The notes beneath the pieces were generated by a model. That model saw nothing but the letters and a program-made list of their open reading frames with translations. It had not been told where the DNA came from and searched no databases. A DNA stretch of 64,000 bases from Bacteroidales bacterium (GTDB lineage: Bacteria > Bacteroidota > Bacteroidia > Bacteroidales > UBA932), in contig JAFWSX010000006.1 of the NCBI GenBank assembly GCA_017519185.1, positions 96,084 to 160,083 on the forward strand. The letters are read 5' to 3'. Positions 41,757-53,067 of the stretch are shown piece after piece. Position 1 is the first letter of the stretch. Each line of letters opens with the position of its first letter. The position numbers and the translations under genes are program-made.

Positions 41757-43418
41757 ATGAAGCGTTCCGTCCTCATACTTCTTGCTATCCTCGCCGCGGC
41801 GTGCCAAAGTCCAGGTGTTGTGGACCCGTCCAGTCACGACGGTTATGAGTTCCACAAGATGTACGTCGAGCTGCTGCCGGACCTAAACGTACCGCGCAGC
41901 GGGCATAAGCTGGCTTATGTCGGCGGAGAACTGACGGTGATAGGGGGGCACACGACTGGTTTCATTCCCACGTCCACGGCCGAGTACTACAGCGATGGAG
42001 AGTGGCATCTTGTGAACACTCTGTACCCGCACGATTGCGGCTTCTGCGTCGTCCTTCCGTCTGAGGAAATCATAGTCGGCGGCGGCTGCGCCGAACCCTT
42101 CGGTATCGGGCAGACATGGGCTGTGGAGAAGTATGACCCCATATCACACAGTTTCTCCCCGCTTCCGATCCTTGACAGCAAACGTGGAGCCAACGTAATG
42201 GCGGCCCGATTTTCCGACGGCCGCATAATAGTGGCAGGCAACTGGTATGCAGAAGATGTGATATCAACCTACTCGCCCGAATCCGGAGGAACGATCCTTC
42301 GGATTCCGACAATAGGGCGTGCCCATCCGCTTATATTGCAGACCTCGCCTGACAATGCTGTTGTCTTGGGTTCTGTAGGCGAGCGGAATGACATCCTGCC
42401 TCCTGTGGCGGACCGTTTGAGTGGAGATTCTTTCGAAGTGCCGCTGTTGCAGGAGTGGGAGGATTGGTTAATCCCGGGGGGGCAGCAGATGAGTCACTTG
42501 TTCATTGGTGACGAGACAGTGGGTGGTTATGCCTGGCTCTTTCCTGCCGCACGCAAGTCAGATGGTCAGCTGGCTCTGATCAAAGTGGTGGGAGAGACAT
42601 TCTCCGTGCTGGAAACCGAGAAACCACTGCTGATGGATAGTCCTTATAGGGAGCCTCTTTCGCTTTATCCCATGCTGCTTGCCGACAGAGATCGGGAATG
42701 CGCCTGGATAATCCGCACTGTCATTGGAACGAGTGATATCTCTGTGACCAAAGTAGATTATGGCGAAGCTCTTCGTGGCGGCAAGGCTCCGGTAAGCGAC
42801 TATCGTGCTGAACTGCCGGACGGCCTGCTTGCTCCGTGTGAGATTTGGGCGACACTCCTGCCCGGAGGCCGCATCGCCGTTGTCGGGGGCCTTACTTCTC
42901 CGGACAACTATAACCCCAGTGCCGCCGCATTCATCCTGCATACGGAGCCGGAACAGCCAAGTGTAATCCAATGGTGGATGATTGTTTGTGCTTTAGTGCT
43001 GCTTGGCGCTGCCGGAGTTTTTCTGGCCTTTCGTTCCGGAAAAGGCAGGAATGGGCGCGAACAGGTGCCGGAGGGCCCGATGGATGAACTTATGAAGCGT
43101 ATTGCGGTTCAGATGGAGGAAAACCATCTGTTCCTGAGGCCGGGTCTGACAAAAGAAGAAGTTGCACTGGCCGTCGGCTCCAATTCCCGCTATGTGTCCG
43201 ACTGCATCAATCTTAAAGCCGGCTGCTCATTCATCGATTTTGTAAACGATTACCGCATCCGGTATGCACAGCGGCTTTTGTATGAGAATCCTGATATGCG
43301 TGTCGGCGAAATCAGCGAAGAATCCGGCTTCTCCAGCGAAGTCACATTCTACCGCAATTTCAAGGCACGCACCGGCCAGACTCCTACAGAGTGGCTGGCT
43401 TCACAAAGCCGTATGTAA
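41757..43418 (+). CDS. Membrane-spanning one-component regulator: lipoprotein-type signal, periplasmic Kelch/beta-propeller-like domain, one TM helix, cytoplasmic AraC-type HTH
   Basis: MKRSVLILLAILAAAC signal with lipobox. Kelch-like repeats include PRSGHKLAYVGGELTVIGGH, IIVGGG and RIIVAGNWY. The TM helix WWMIVCALVLLGAAGVFLAF is at ~42972-43034. The C-terminal AraC signature is YVSDCINLKAGCSFIDFVNDYRIRYAQRLL...ISEESGFSSEVTFYRNFKARTGQTPTEW. Confidence 0.85.
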   Translation: MKRSVLILLAILAAACQSPGVVDPSSHDGYEFHKMYVELLPDLNVPRSGHKLAYVGGELTVIGGHTTGFIPTSTAEYYSDGEWHLVNTLYPHDCGFCVVLPSEEIIVGGGCAEPFGIGQTWAVEKYDPISHSFSPLPILDSKRGANVMAARFSDGRIIVAGNWYAEDVISTYSPESGGTILRIPTIGRAHPLILQTSPDNAVVLGSVGERNDILPPVADRLSGDSFEVPLLQEWEDWLIPGGQQMSHLFIGDETVGGYAWLFPAARKSDGQLALIKVVGETFSVLETEKPLLMDSPYREPLSLYPMLLADRDRECAWIIRTVIGTSDISVTKVDYGEALRGGKAPVSDYRAELPDGLLAPCEIWATLLPGGRIAVVGGLTSPDNYNPSAAAFILHTEPEQPSVIQWWMIVCALVLLGAAGVFLAFRSGKGRNGREQVPEGPMDELMKRIAVQMEENHLFLRPGLTKEEVALAVGSNSRYVSDCINLKAGCSFIDFVNDYRIRYAQRLLYENPDMRVGEISEESGFSSEVTFYRNFKARTGQTPTEWLASQSRM

Positions 43419-43446
43419 GCCGGGCGGCGTTTGATTCTGGCCGGAA

Positions 43447-45024
43447 TCAATAAGTCGTCTTGATGCGCGAGGCTGTCAGTGTTATGTCTCGGTTCGAAGA
43501 AGCCGGGGCAGGATTGCCTTGGAACCTGCGCTGCTCCGGAGCTACGATCGTTATAGTGAGGTCATCTCTGTCGGGGGAGAAGTTGAAGCGGAAGCGTTCC
43601 TGACAACCGTTGTTGAACAATGACAGGTAATAGGCCCCCAACTCATCGGCTCCTGTCCAGGCACACCAGCCCGCAGTTGTCATCGGCGTGGTGTTCATCG
43701 TGTTGGCATAGACGGTCCCGCCGAAAAGCAGGGTTCTGTCCGTGCTGCCCATCTGCCAGTTGTCCAGGCCGAAAGGTATGTTGTGGATGGCTTCGCCTGT
43801 CTCAAGGGTAAGAGTCATATTGCCCTTGGCGTCGAAACGGAAGGAGATTCCGGTGAGTCCGTATGAGTTCTGGTGCATCCTGTAGCGCAGGGTGCGGGAA
43901 CGTTCTGCCGGTGCGGCAGATGGCTCGGGGAACGGCTTCTTCAGGGCATAGGGCTCGATGGCCGCCTGCAGGTCAAAGTTCTTGTTGGGCTTGAGTTTCT
44001 TGTCGCTCATTCCGTCCAGCAGATTGTATATGAGTTGGTTGAATCCGGCTTCATCGCCAATCTGGCCGTTCGATGCCACCACAAGGTCGTATTCAGGGAT
44101 AACCATTATCAGTTGGTTCTGGCCACCGATGGCTCGCCAGGAATTGTGCCGTCCCATCCATATCTGGTATCCGTAGCCCTGTCCGCCGTCATCCTTGTTG
44201 TTTTCCTCTTCGGAAAGACCCGGTCGCTGGAAAATGTGAGGCGTTGTCATACCCTCCACCCATTCGCGGTTCAGCAGTTGCTTGCCTTGCCATACGCCTT
44301 TGTTCTTCAGAAAAATGCCGAACTTGGCCAGGTCCGAAGTCTTGCTGTGCATGCCGCCGTTGCCCATATTGCGGCCGTCCAGGTCCATCTCCCATGTTAC
44401 GTCGCGGATTCCCAGAGGATCCAGCAGGCGCGGTTTCAGGTATTCATACAGAGTAAGGCCGGTCACGCGGGTGATGATTTGTGAGAGCATATGGGAACAG
44501 GTTATATTGTAGGCGAACGATGTGCCCGGTTCGTGGGCGTAGTCCATAGCCAGGAAAGAGCGCACCTGATCGTCACCGGAGCCGGGATACTGTGTGCGGG
44601 CATGACCGGCCGACATCGTCAGAAGGTGTTCCACAGTCAGTCGTTCCAGTTCCGGGGCAGTCTTTTCCGGCATCAGGTCGGGGAAGAAATCCGTTACCTT
44701 GTCGCTCACTTTCAGCAGCCCCTCCTGCACTGCAAAACCGACTGCTGCACCAGTGAAGGTCTTGGTGGCAGAATACATTGCGTGAGGGTACTGCGGGCCA
44801 TAGGGCGCCCACCAGTGCTCGGCCACCACTTTGTCGTGCCTGAGCAGCATCAGTCCGTGGACCTCGTAACCGCCCTCTTCCAGGGCACGGAACCAGTCTG
44901 AAATGGCTTCCGAGCGGATGCCTTCCGCCTCCGGAGTGCTGCGTTGCAAACCGTCGTCATATACCTGTGCTGACAGTCCAAAGGAGATGCAGAGGACTGC
45001 TAAAAGGATAATAGTCTTTTTCAT
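43447..45024 (-). CDS. Serine hydrolase of the beta-lactamase/class C-like (transpeptidase-fold) family, secreted, with C-terminal extra domain
   Basis: Signal peptide, an S-x-x-K active-site motif (YSATKTF), and a ~150-aa C-terminal extension after the hydrolase fold. Confidence 0.85.
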   Translation of the reverse strand: MKKTIILLAVLCISFGLSAQVYDDGLQRSTPEAEGIRSEAISDWFRALEEGGYEVHGLMLLRHDKVVAEHWWAPYGPQYPHAMYSATKTFTGAAVGFAVQEGLLKVSDKVTDFFPDLMPEKTAPELERLTVEHLLTMSAGHARTQYPGSGDDQVRSFLAMDYAHEPGTSFAYNITCSHMLSQIITRVTGLTLYEYLKPRLLDPLGIRDVTWEMDLDGRNMGNGGMHSKTSDLAKFGIFLKNKGVWQGKQLLNREWVEGMTTPHIFQRPGLSEEENNKDDGGQGYGYQIWMGRHNSWRAIGGQNQLIMVIPEYDLVVASNGQIGDEAGFNQLIYNLLDGMSDKKLKPNKNFDLQAAIEPYALKKPFPEPSAAPAERSRTLRYRMHQNSYGLTGISFRFDAKGNMTLTLETGEAIHNIPFGLDNWQMGSTDRTLLFGGTVYANTMNTTPMTTAGWCAWTGADELGAYYLSLFNNGCQERFRFNFSPDRDDLTITIVAPEQRRFQGNPAPASSNRDITLTASRIKTTY

Positions 45025-45055
45025 AGTGCTTGATAGTTTCCAGCTATGAAGTTAT

Positions 45056-45088
45056 GAAAAAAGCAGCGAATAACTTCGCTGCTTTTTT
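45056..45088 (-). terminator. Intrinsic terminator downstream of tRNA-Leu
   Basis: Stem GCAGCGAA / TTCGCTGC with loop TAAC. It is flanked by A7 and T6, so a U-run follows the stem on either strand. Confidence 0.8.
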
Positions 45089-45090
45089 AG

Positions 45091-45175
45091 TGCCCGGAAC
45101 AGGGCTCGAACCTGCACAGACTATTCGTCCACTAGTCCCTGAAACTAGCGCGTCTACCAATTCCGCCATCCGGGC
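45091..45175 (-). tRNA. tRNA-Leu (anticodon CAG)
   Basis: The reverse complement folds as a cloverleaf. Acceptor GCCCGGA/TCCGGGC, anticodon arm CTAGT-TTCAGGG-ACTAG, a long variable arm, T-loop GGTTCGAGCC. No encoded CCA. Confidence 0.92.
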
Positions 45176-45188
45176 TCAGGGCTGGGTG

Positions 45189-45196
45189 CAAATGTA
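45189..45196 (-). promoter_or_regulatory. -7 box TACATTTG (minus strand) for tRNA-Leu
   Basis: Matches TAnnTTTG, 13 nt upstream of the mature tRNA 5' end. Confidence 0.45.
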
Positions 45197-45209
45197 ATAC
45201 AATTTTTCT

Positions 45210-45217
45210 TAAATTTG
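45210..45217 (+). promoter_or_regulatory. -7 box TAAATTTG for the GH2 gene
   Basis: Matches TAnnTTTG, 30 nt upstream of ATG 45248. Confidence 0.45.
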
Positions 45218-45238
45218 CTATTCCACCTGTTAAACTAA

Positions 45239-48403
<3,165 letters not shown>

Positions 48404-48429
48404 AAATTTGGTCTAACGATAAAATTAAT

Positions 48430-48437
48430 TACATTTG
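48430..48437 (+). promoter_or_regulatory. -7 box TACATTTG for tRNA-Asn
   Basis: Matches TAnnTTTG, 19 nt upstream of the tRNA 5' end. Confidence 0.45.
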
Positions 48438-48456
48438 CAGTCCCGAAAGGGAAAAT

Positions 48457-48530
48457 TCCTCTTTAGCTCAGTTGGTTAGAGCACCTGACTGTTAATCAGG
48501 GGGTCCTGGGTTCAAGTCCCCGAAGAGGAG
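48457..48530 (+). tRNA. tRNA-Asn (anticodon GUU)
   Basis: Acceptor TCCTCTT/AAGAGGA, D-arm GCTCAGTTGGTTAGAGC, anticodon arm CCTGA-CTGTTAA-TCAGG, T-loop GGTTCAAGTCC. By hand folding there is one U-C mismatch in the T-stem. Confidence 0.85.
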
Positions 48531-48535
48531 CGCAA

Positions 48536-48571
48536 ACGGGCAAGTCTTATGGCTTGTCCGTTTTGTTTTTT
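48536..48571 (+). terminator. Intrinsic terminator after tRNA-Asn
   Basis: Stem ACGGGCAAG / CTTGTCCGT (one G.U pair) followed by TTTTGTTTTTT. Confidence 0.8.
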
Positions 48572-48987
48572 CAATTAGTTGTCGGCGTTTTACCAGTCTT
48601 CTCGAAAACCATCTCAGCGCCATACTTTTTACCGACCAGTACACCTTTCCGGTAATATAATTCCATCAAATCACCGTCCTCCAGGCTTATTGTCAGTATG
48701 CCGTGACGGTATTTGTATTTTCCGCGGGAATCCCAGCCTGATTCCCATCCTGGATTCGTGTCCACCTCGCCATTTTCGTTTACATACATCGAAGGGTAGG
48801 GTGGCATCACCGACTGTGAGCGCACTATCACTTCACTTCTGGATACGAATATCAACGTAGTGGTTACAGTCATCGTGCCTGCATCGGCAACGAATTCCTC
48901 CCTCTCGTTAGTCCATATCGAGTGATTGAAGACCGGTCTTGCGGCAAGAACGATCATAATAGATGAAAGAAGGCGGATGATATTCAT
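48571..48987 (-). CDS. Hypothetical secreted protein (138 aa)
   Basis: ORF with an N-terminal hydrophobic signal (MNIIRLLSSIMIVLAA). I recognise no motif. The coding call rests on length, the signal peptide and its fit between neighbouring genes. Confidence 0.55.
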   Translation of the reverse strand: MNIIRLLSSIMIVLAARPVFNHSIWTNEREEFVADAGTMTVTTTLIFVSRSEVIVRSQSVMPPYPSMYVNENGEVDTNPGWESGWDSRGKYKYRHGILTISLEDGDLMELYYRKGVLVGKKYGAEMVFEKTGKTPTTN

Positions 48988-49032
48988 CTGTCAAAACTTT
49001 TTTATATCTATAAAGTTAACGTATAAAAATCG

Positions 49033-49040
49033 TATTTTTG
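49033..49040 (+). promoter_or_regulatory. -7 box TATTTTTG for lemA
   Basis: Matches TAnnTTTG, 23 nt upstream of ATG 49064. Confidence 0.4.
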
Positions 49041-49063
49041 TTAAAACAATTATACTTAAAACT

Positions 49064-49627
49064 ATGGTAACAATCATTATCATCGCCATCATAGTACTGC
49101 TCGTACTGTGGGTGATTTCAGTCCAGAACAAACTCGTCAAGCTCGATGAGTTTGCCAACAATGCTCTCAAGCAGATCAATGTCCAGCAGATGACTCGTTT
49201 TGACTCGCTGAAGACAATGATCAACGCTGCCCGTGAATATGCAAAGGACGTCGAGTCAAAGACGATCATCGAAGCCATAGAAGCCCGCCGTCCGGTGCAG
49301 TCTGCCAATCCTACACCGGAACAAATCAATCAGAATGAAGCTTTGCTGGGTCAGGCTTTGCACAACTTCAATGTAGTAGTCGAGCGCTATCCCGAGCTCA
49401 AGTCGATGGACCTGTATAAGAACGCTCAGAATGAATACAGCAAGAACGAGGACCAGGTCCGCGTCTCACGTATGACATTCAACGATGCTGTGACCAAGTT
49501 CAACATGCAGACCCGTATGTTCCCCGGCAGCGTAGTGGCAAGGATGCTGGGTTTTGCTCCCAAGCAGTACCTTGAGGAGGACAGTTCAAAGGCCGACATT
49601 CCTGACATTTTCCCTGACAAGCAATAA
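49064..49627 (+). CDS. lemA: LemA-family membrane protein
   Basis: N-terminal TM helix MVTIIIIAIIVLLVLWVISVQNKLV, then the LemA pattern (..RYPELKS...Y..N...LE..E..I...R..FN.AV..FN......FP..). The track ORF start at 48926 is an over-extension. Confidence 0.88.
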   Translation: MVTIIIIAIIVLLVLWVISVQNKLVKLDEFANNALKQINVQQMTRFDSLKTMINAAREYAKDVESKTIIEAIEARRPVQSANPTPEQINQNEALLGQALHNFNVVVERYPELKSMDLYKNAQNEYSKNEDQVRVSRMTFNDAVTKFNMQTRMFPGSVVARMLGFAPKQYLEEDSSKADIPDIFPDKQ

Positions 49628-49628
49628 C

Positions 49629-51353
49629 ATGCGACAAATATTTGCCTTCTTTCTGGCCCTGTCCCTGACAAGCGCCCTGGCTTTCCCGTCGTATTCGCAG
49701 GAGATTAGGGATATCGAGACTACCGTCAGCCTGTATCCTGACGGCAGCGCTCAGGTCGTGCAGAAATGGGACGTCACCGTGGTTGACGGCACGGAGTGGT
49801 ATATACCGATATCAAACCCCGGCAAAAGCTATATCCACGATTTCCGCGTGTTCGAAAATGGCATCGAATATGCGAATGACGGCCGCAACTGGAATTCGAA
49901 CCGTTCGCTCTCAGCCAAGACCAGGCGCTGCGGAATAGTGGAGAAGAGAGGAGGCGATATAGAACTTTGCTGGGGTCAGGGTGAATACGGTGACCATGTC
50001 TATACCATATCATATATTATTGACAATCTGGTGCAGTCGTATGAGGAATGCGACGGCTTCCACTGGCATTTCCTCAACGATGAATGGTCGGCTGAACCCG
50101 ACCACGCCTCTATAAAGATTGTCAATGAAACAGGTAAGGACACCTGGTATTGGAATGACCAGGATTCCTCCAATGTCCGTTTCTGGGGATTCGGCATGGT
50201 CGGAGATTCCTGGCTTGAGGATGGGACTATCTGTTTCGAGTCAACTGAACCTTTCCGCTACAACAGTTTCTTTTCCGCTCTTGTAGGATTTGACAAGGGT
50301 ATGTTCTCTCCTGCTGTTGAGGGTGACGGAACGTTTGAGCAGCTGAAGGAGGAGGCGATGAAAGGCAGCGACTATGATGACGGGACCATGTCGAGGGGAG
50401 ATAAGATCTTCATGGCCATTTTCCTGCTCATTTGCCTGGCCATACCGCTGCTCATTGTAGGCTTGGTTGTGTTCAAAATCATAAGGAGACTGTACCGTAA
50501 GGTCTCAGGACGCCGCTATGACAAGAAGATTTTCGGAAAGGACAAGATAGACGGCTGGTGGAGGGATATCCCTCTCGAAGGCAGCCCTACAGCGTTGTAC
50601 AGTCTGCTCCAGTCGGGAGATTTCCTTAAACCCGACAAGAACAAGATGTTTTCGGATCTTGTGAGCGCCTATTTCCTGAAGTGGATACAAGATGGTTTGA
50701 TTGCGGTGGAAAAGGATCCCAAGAAACAGGACCGGGTCAACCTGCGTTTCGTCAAGGATGCCGCTGAGGCAGGATCTGAGGATGTAATGGAGAATACGGT
50801 GTACTGTGCTGCCCTTGCAGCAGCAGGAGACAACCGCATCCTGGAGGCCAACGAGTTCAAGAACTGGTCTTTCAAAAACGACAAGATCGTGGCCGGATGG
50901 CCGGAGGTTGCACAATCATCCGGAAGCGCCGTCTGGAAGAGTGCAACACAGGAAGACCGTTGCCACGCAGTGGAATTCAAGAACTTCCTCAATGATTTTA
51001 CACTTGCATCTGAACACGAGGCCCCTGCAGTCGGGCTGTGGAAGCAATATCTGGTTATGGCAGCTGCTCTCGGCGTTGCTGAGCAGGTTTCCAGAAATTT
51101 CGAGAAACTGTTCCCGAAGGTAATGGAGGAATATGCGCGCCAGACCAATATGCTTGATCCTGCAACGACCTATTATGTCCTGCGCAGCTTGAACCGGTCA
51201 TCGTCGGCGATGATGTCTTCTGCGATGGAGCGTCAGGCAATGCGCGCGGCCAAGGCTGCTGCTGCCAGAAGGGCTTCAGGCGGAGGCGGCTCGATATCAT
51301 TCGGAGGCGGCGGAGGCGGCTTCGGCGGCGGCCACGGCGGTGGTTCGAGATAG
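49629..51353 (+). CDS. DUF2207-domain membrane protein with Gly-rich C-terminal tail
   Basis: Signal peptide MRQIFAFFLALSLTSALAF and a DUF2207-like N-terminal beta-rich domain (YPDGSAQVVQKWDVT...). A single TM helix IFMAIFLLICLAIPLLIVGLVVF and a C-terminal helical domain follow. The tail is GGGGSISFGGGGGGFGGGHGGGSR. The ATG lies 1 nt after the lemA stop. Confidence 0.8.
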   Translation: MRQIFAFFLALSLTSALAFPSYSQEIRDIETTVSLYPDGSAQVVQKWDVTVVDGTEWYIPISNPGKSYIHDFRVFENGIEYANDGRNWNSNRSLSAKTRRCGIVEKRGGDIELCWGQGEYGDHVYTISYIIDNLVQSYEECDGFHWHFLNDEWSAEPDHASIKIVNETGKDTWYWNDQDSSNVRFWGFGMVGDSWLEDGTICFESTEPFRYNSFFSALVGFDKGMFSPAVEGDGTFEQLKEEAMKGSDYDDGTMSRGDKIFMAIFLLICLAIPLLIVGLVVFKIIRRLYRKVSGRRYDKKIFGKDKIDGWWRDIPLEGSPTALYSLLQSGDFLKPDKNKMFSDLVSAYFLKWIQDGLIAVEKDPKKQDRVNLRFVKDAAEAGSEDVMENTVYCAALAAAGDNRILEANEFKNWSFKNDKIVAGWPEVAQSSGSAVWKSATQEDRCHAVEFKNFLNDFTLASEHEAPAVGLWKQYLVMAAALGVAEQVSRNFEKLFPKVMEEYARQTNMLDPATTYYVLRSLNRSSSAMMSSAMERQAMRAAKAAAARRASGGGGSISFGGGGGGFGGGHGGGSR

Positions 51354-51357
51354 TTGA

Positions 51358-51813
51358 CTACCCTTCCAGTATCTGCCCGGCGGCGTTCTTGGTGTCTACC
51401 TTTTCAATGACACGTTCAAGTATGCCGTCTTCAGAGAATATGAATGTACGGCGGAGCGTCCCAAGGACGGTCTTGCCGTACATCTTTTTTTCGCCCCAGG
51501 CACCGAAGCTCTGCAGCATTTCGGTCGAAGTGTCGGCCAGCAGCCTGAACGGAAGTTCATATTTGGCACGGAAGCCTGTGTGGGATTTCGCGGAATCCTT
51601 GCTGACGCCGATGACATTGTAGCCTGCGGCTGTCAGCGCTGCATAGTTGTCGCGGAAACTGCAGGCCTCGGCAGTGCAGCCGGAGGTGTTGTCCTTCGGG
51701 TAAAAGTAAATTATAGTCTTGCGGCCGTTGCCGATGAGGTCCTGCGACCTTACCATGTTGCCGTCCTGGTCCATGACCTCGAAATCCGGCATTCTGTCTC
51801 CGATTTTCAGCAT
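51358..51813 (-). CDS. bcp: Thioredoxin-dependent thiol peroxidase (peroxiredoxin Bcp/PrxQ)
   Basis: MLKIGDRMPDFEVMDQDGN...IIYFYPKDNTSGCTAEACSFRD carries the peroxidatic Cys motif. ATG 51811-51813 gives 151 aa; the track ORF is over-extended. Confidence 0.93.
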   Translation of the reverse strand: MLKIGDRMPDFEVMDQDGNMVRSQDLIGNGRKTIIYFYPKDNTSGCTAEACSFRDNYAALTAAGYNVIGVSKDSAKSHTGFRAKYELPFRLLADTSTEMLQSFGAWGEKKMYGKTVLGTLRRTFIFSEDGILERVIEKVDTKNAAGQILEG

Positions 51814-51833
51814 ATTGAGTTGATTGGTATACA

Positions 51834-51841
51834 CAAATATA
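51834..51841 (-). promoter_or_regulatory. -7 box TATATTTG (minus strand) for bcp
   Basis: Matches TAnnTTTG, 20 nt upstream of ATG 51813. Confidence 0.45.
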
Positions 51842-51867
51842 ATCTTTTGCTTCAGAGTTTTTTTGAT

Positions 51868-51875
51868 TAAATTTG
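51868..51875 (+). promoter_or_regulatory. -7 box TAAATTTG for the phosphatase-oxidoreductase-PmoA-like string
   Basis: Matches TAnnTTTG, 23 nt upstream of ATG 51899. Confidence 0.45.
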
Positions 51876-51898
51876 TTTGAATGATAATTCCCTGCAAA

Positions 51899-53044
51899 AT
51901 GAAAAAAATTCTTAGCACCATCATCCTGCTGGCAATGACATTCCCGGTGTTCGCCCAGGAAATCGAGAAGACCGAGTTCACCGGCTACGTCGGAGAAACT
52001 ACCGTACAGCACCAAGGTTCATACACTCCTGATTTCAAGTATGACGGAAGCAACAGAAAAGTCCGCAACGTCATCCTTCTGATCGGCGACGGAATGGGAC
52101 TTGCCGCAGTCAACGCCGGTATGTATGCCAACGGCGGCGAGCTGACCCTTACCAACCTGCATAACTTCGGATTCGTTCGTACCCAGAGCGATGACAATTT
52201 CACTACAGACTCGGCAGCTTCCGGTACGGCATATGCCACCGGCCAGAAAACGACCAACGGCTTTGTCGGAATGGATCCTGCTAAAAATGCAATACCGAAC
52301 ATCCCTGAAAAGATATCTCCTCTGGGCTTTGCCTGCGGAGTGGTTTCAACTGATGACCTGAACGGAGCTACACCTGCATCATTCTTCGCACATCAGGATT
52401 CCCGCAACAAAACTGATGAGATCTGGGCCGACCTTCCCGCTGCTCACCTCGATTTTGTTTCTGCAGGATCTACAGACGTCTTTGAAAAGCGCCCTGAGGA
52501 GACCAGGACAGCCATCGAAAAGCGCTACACAATGGTCGACCGTCTCAGCGAGGTTGACGGCGCCGCAGCTCCGGTGATGTACCTTCCGCCCAGCGTACAG
52601 CTTGCTGACCGTGGTGACTATCTCCCTGCTACGACACGCAAGGCCATCGAATATCTGTCAAAACAGAGCAAGAAAGGTTTCTTCCTGATGGTGGAAGGTG
52701 CCCGAATAGACAAAGAAGAGCACAGCAACAACACCTACGGATTCGTACGAGAGATGCTTGACTTCGACAAAGCCATAGAGGAAGCCATCCGTTTCGCAGA
52801 AAAAGACGGTCATACCCTTGTCCTCATCAGTGCAGACCACGAGACTGGCGGTGTTGCTCTCCGTGGCGGTGACCCTGAGAAAGGCTTTATCCGCACAGCT
52901 TTCGCCTCTACCGGCCATACGGCCATAACTGTTCCGATATATGCCTATGGCCCGCAGTCCCAGCAGTTCCGCTGCTTCCTCGAGAACAGTGATGTCAGCA
53001 ACCTCATCGTGGAGATTCTGGCAGGCAAGAAATCAAAGAAGTAA
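51899..53044 (+). CDS. Alkaline phosphatase (PhoA family), secreted
   Basis: Signal peptide MKKILSTIILLAMTFPVFAQE, VILLIGDGMG, the active-site DSAASGTAYATGQKT, and the EGARIDKEEH and SADHETGG metal ligands. Confidence 0.92.
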   Translation: MKKILSTIILLAMTFPVFAQEIEKTEFTGYVGETTVQHQGSYTPDFKYDGSNRKVRNVILLIGDGMGLAAVNAGMYANGGELTLTNLHNFGFVRTQSDDNFTTDSAASGTAYATGQKTTNGFVGMDPAKNAIPNIPEKISPLGFACGVVSTDDLNGATPASFFAHQDSRNKTDEIWADLPAAHLDFVSAGSTDVFEKRPEETRTAIEKRYTMVDRLSEVDGAAAPVMYLPPSVQLADRGDYLPATTRKAIEYLSKQSKKGFFLMVEGARIDKEEHSNNTYGFVREMLDFDKAIEEAIRFAEKDGHTLVLISADHETGGVALRGGDPEKGFIRTAFASTGHTAITVPIYAYGPQSQQFRCFLENSDVSNLIVEILAGKKSKK

Positions 53045-53067
53045 TTAACCTACCAAACATAATTGCT

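Noticed and set aside
48926-49063. Upstream extension of lemA, and the 49554-49628 extension of the DUF2207 ORF
   Set aside because: The extensions cover promoter DNA or the 3' end of the preceding gene. The native N-termini (a TM helix for LemA, a signal peptide for DUF2207) begin at 49064 and 49629.
51276-51350. GGC/GGA-rich repetitive DNA
   Set aside because: It simply encodes the Gly-rich C-terminal tail of the DUF2207 protein. It is not an independent repeat element or CRISPR-like array.
51814-51981. N-terminal 56-codon extension of bcp, and the overlapping 152-aa ORF 51557-52015
   Set aside because: Peroxiredoxin homology starts at MLKIGDRMPDF. The extension crosses the divergent promoter region.
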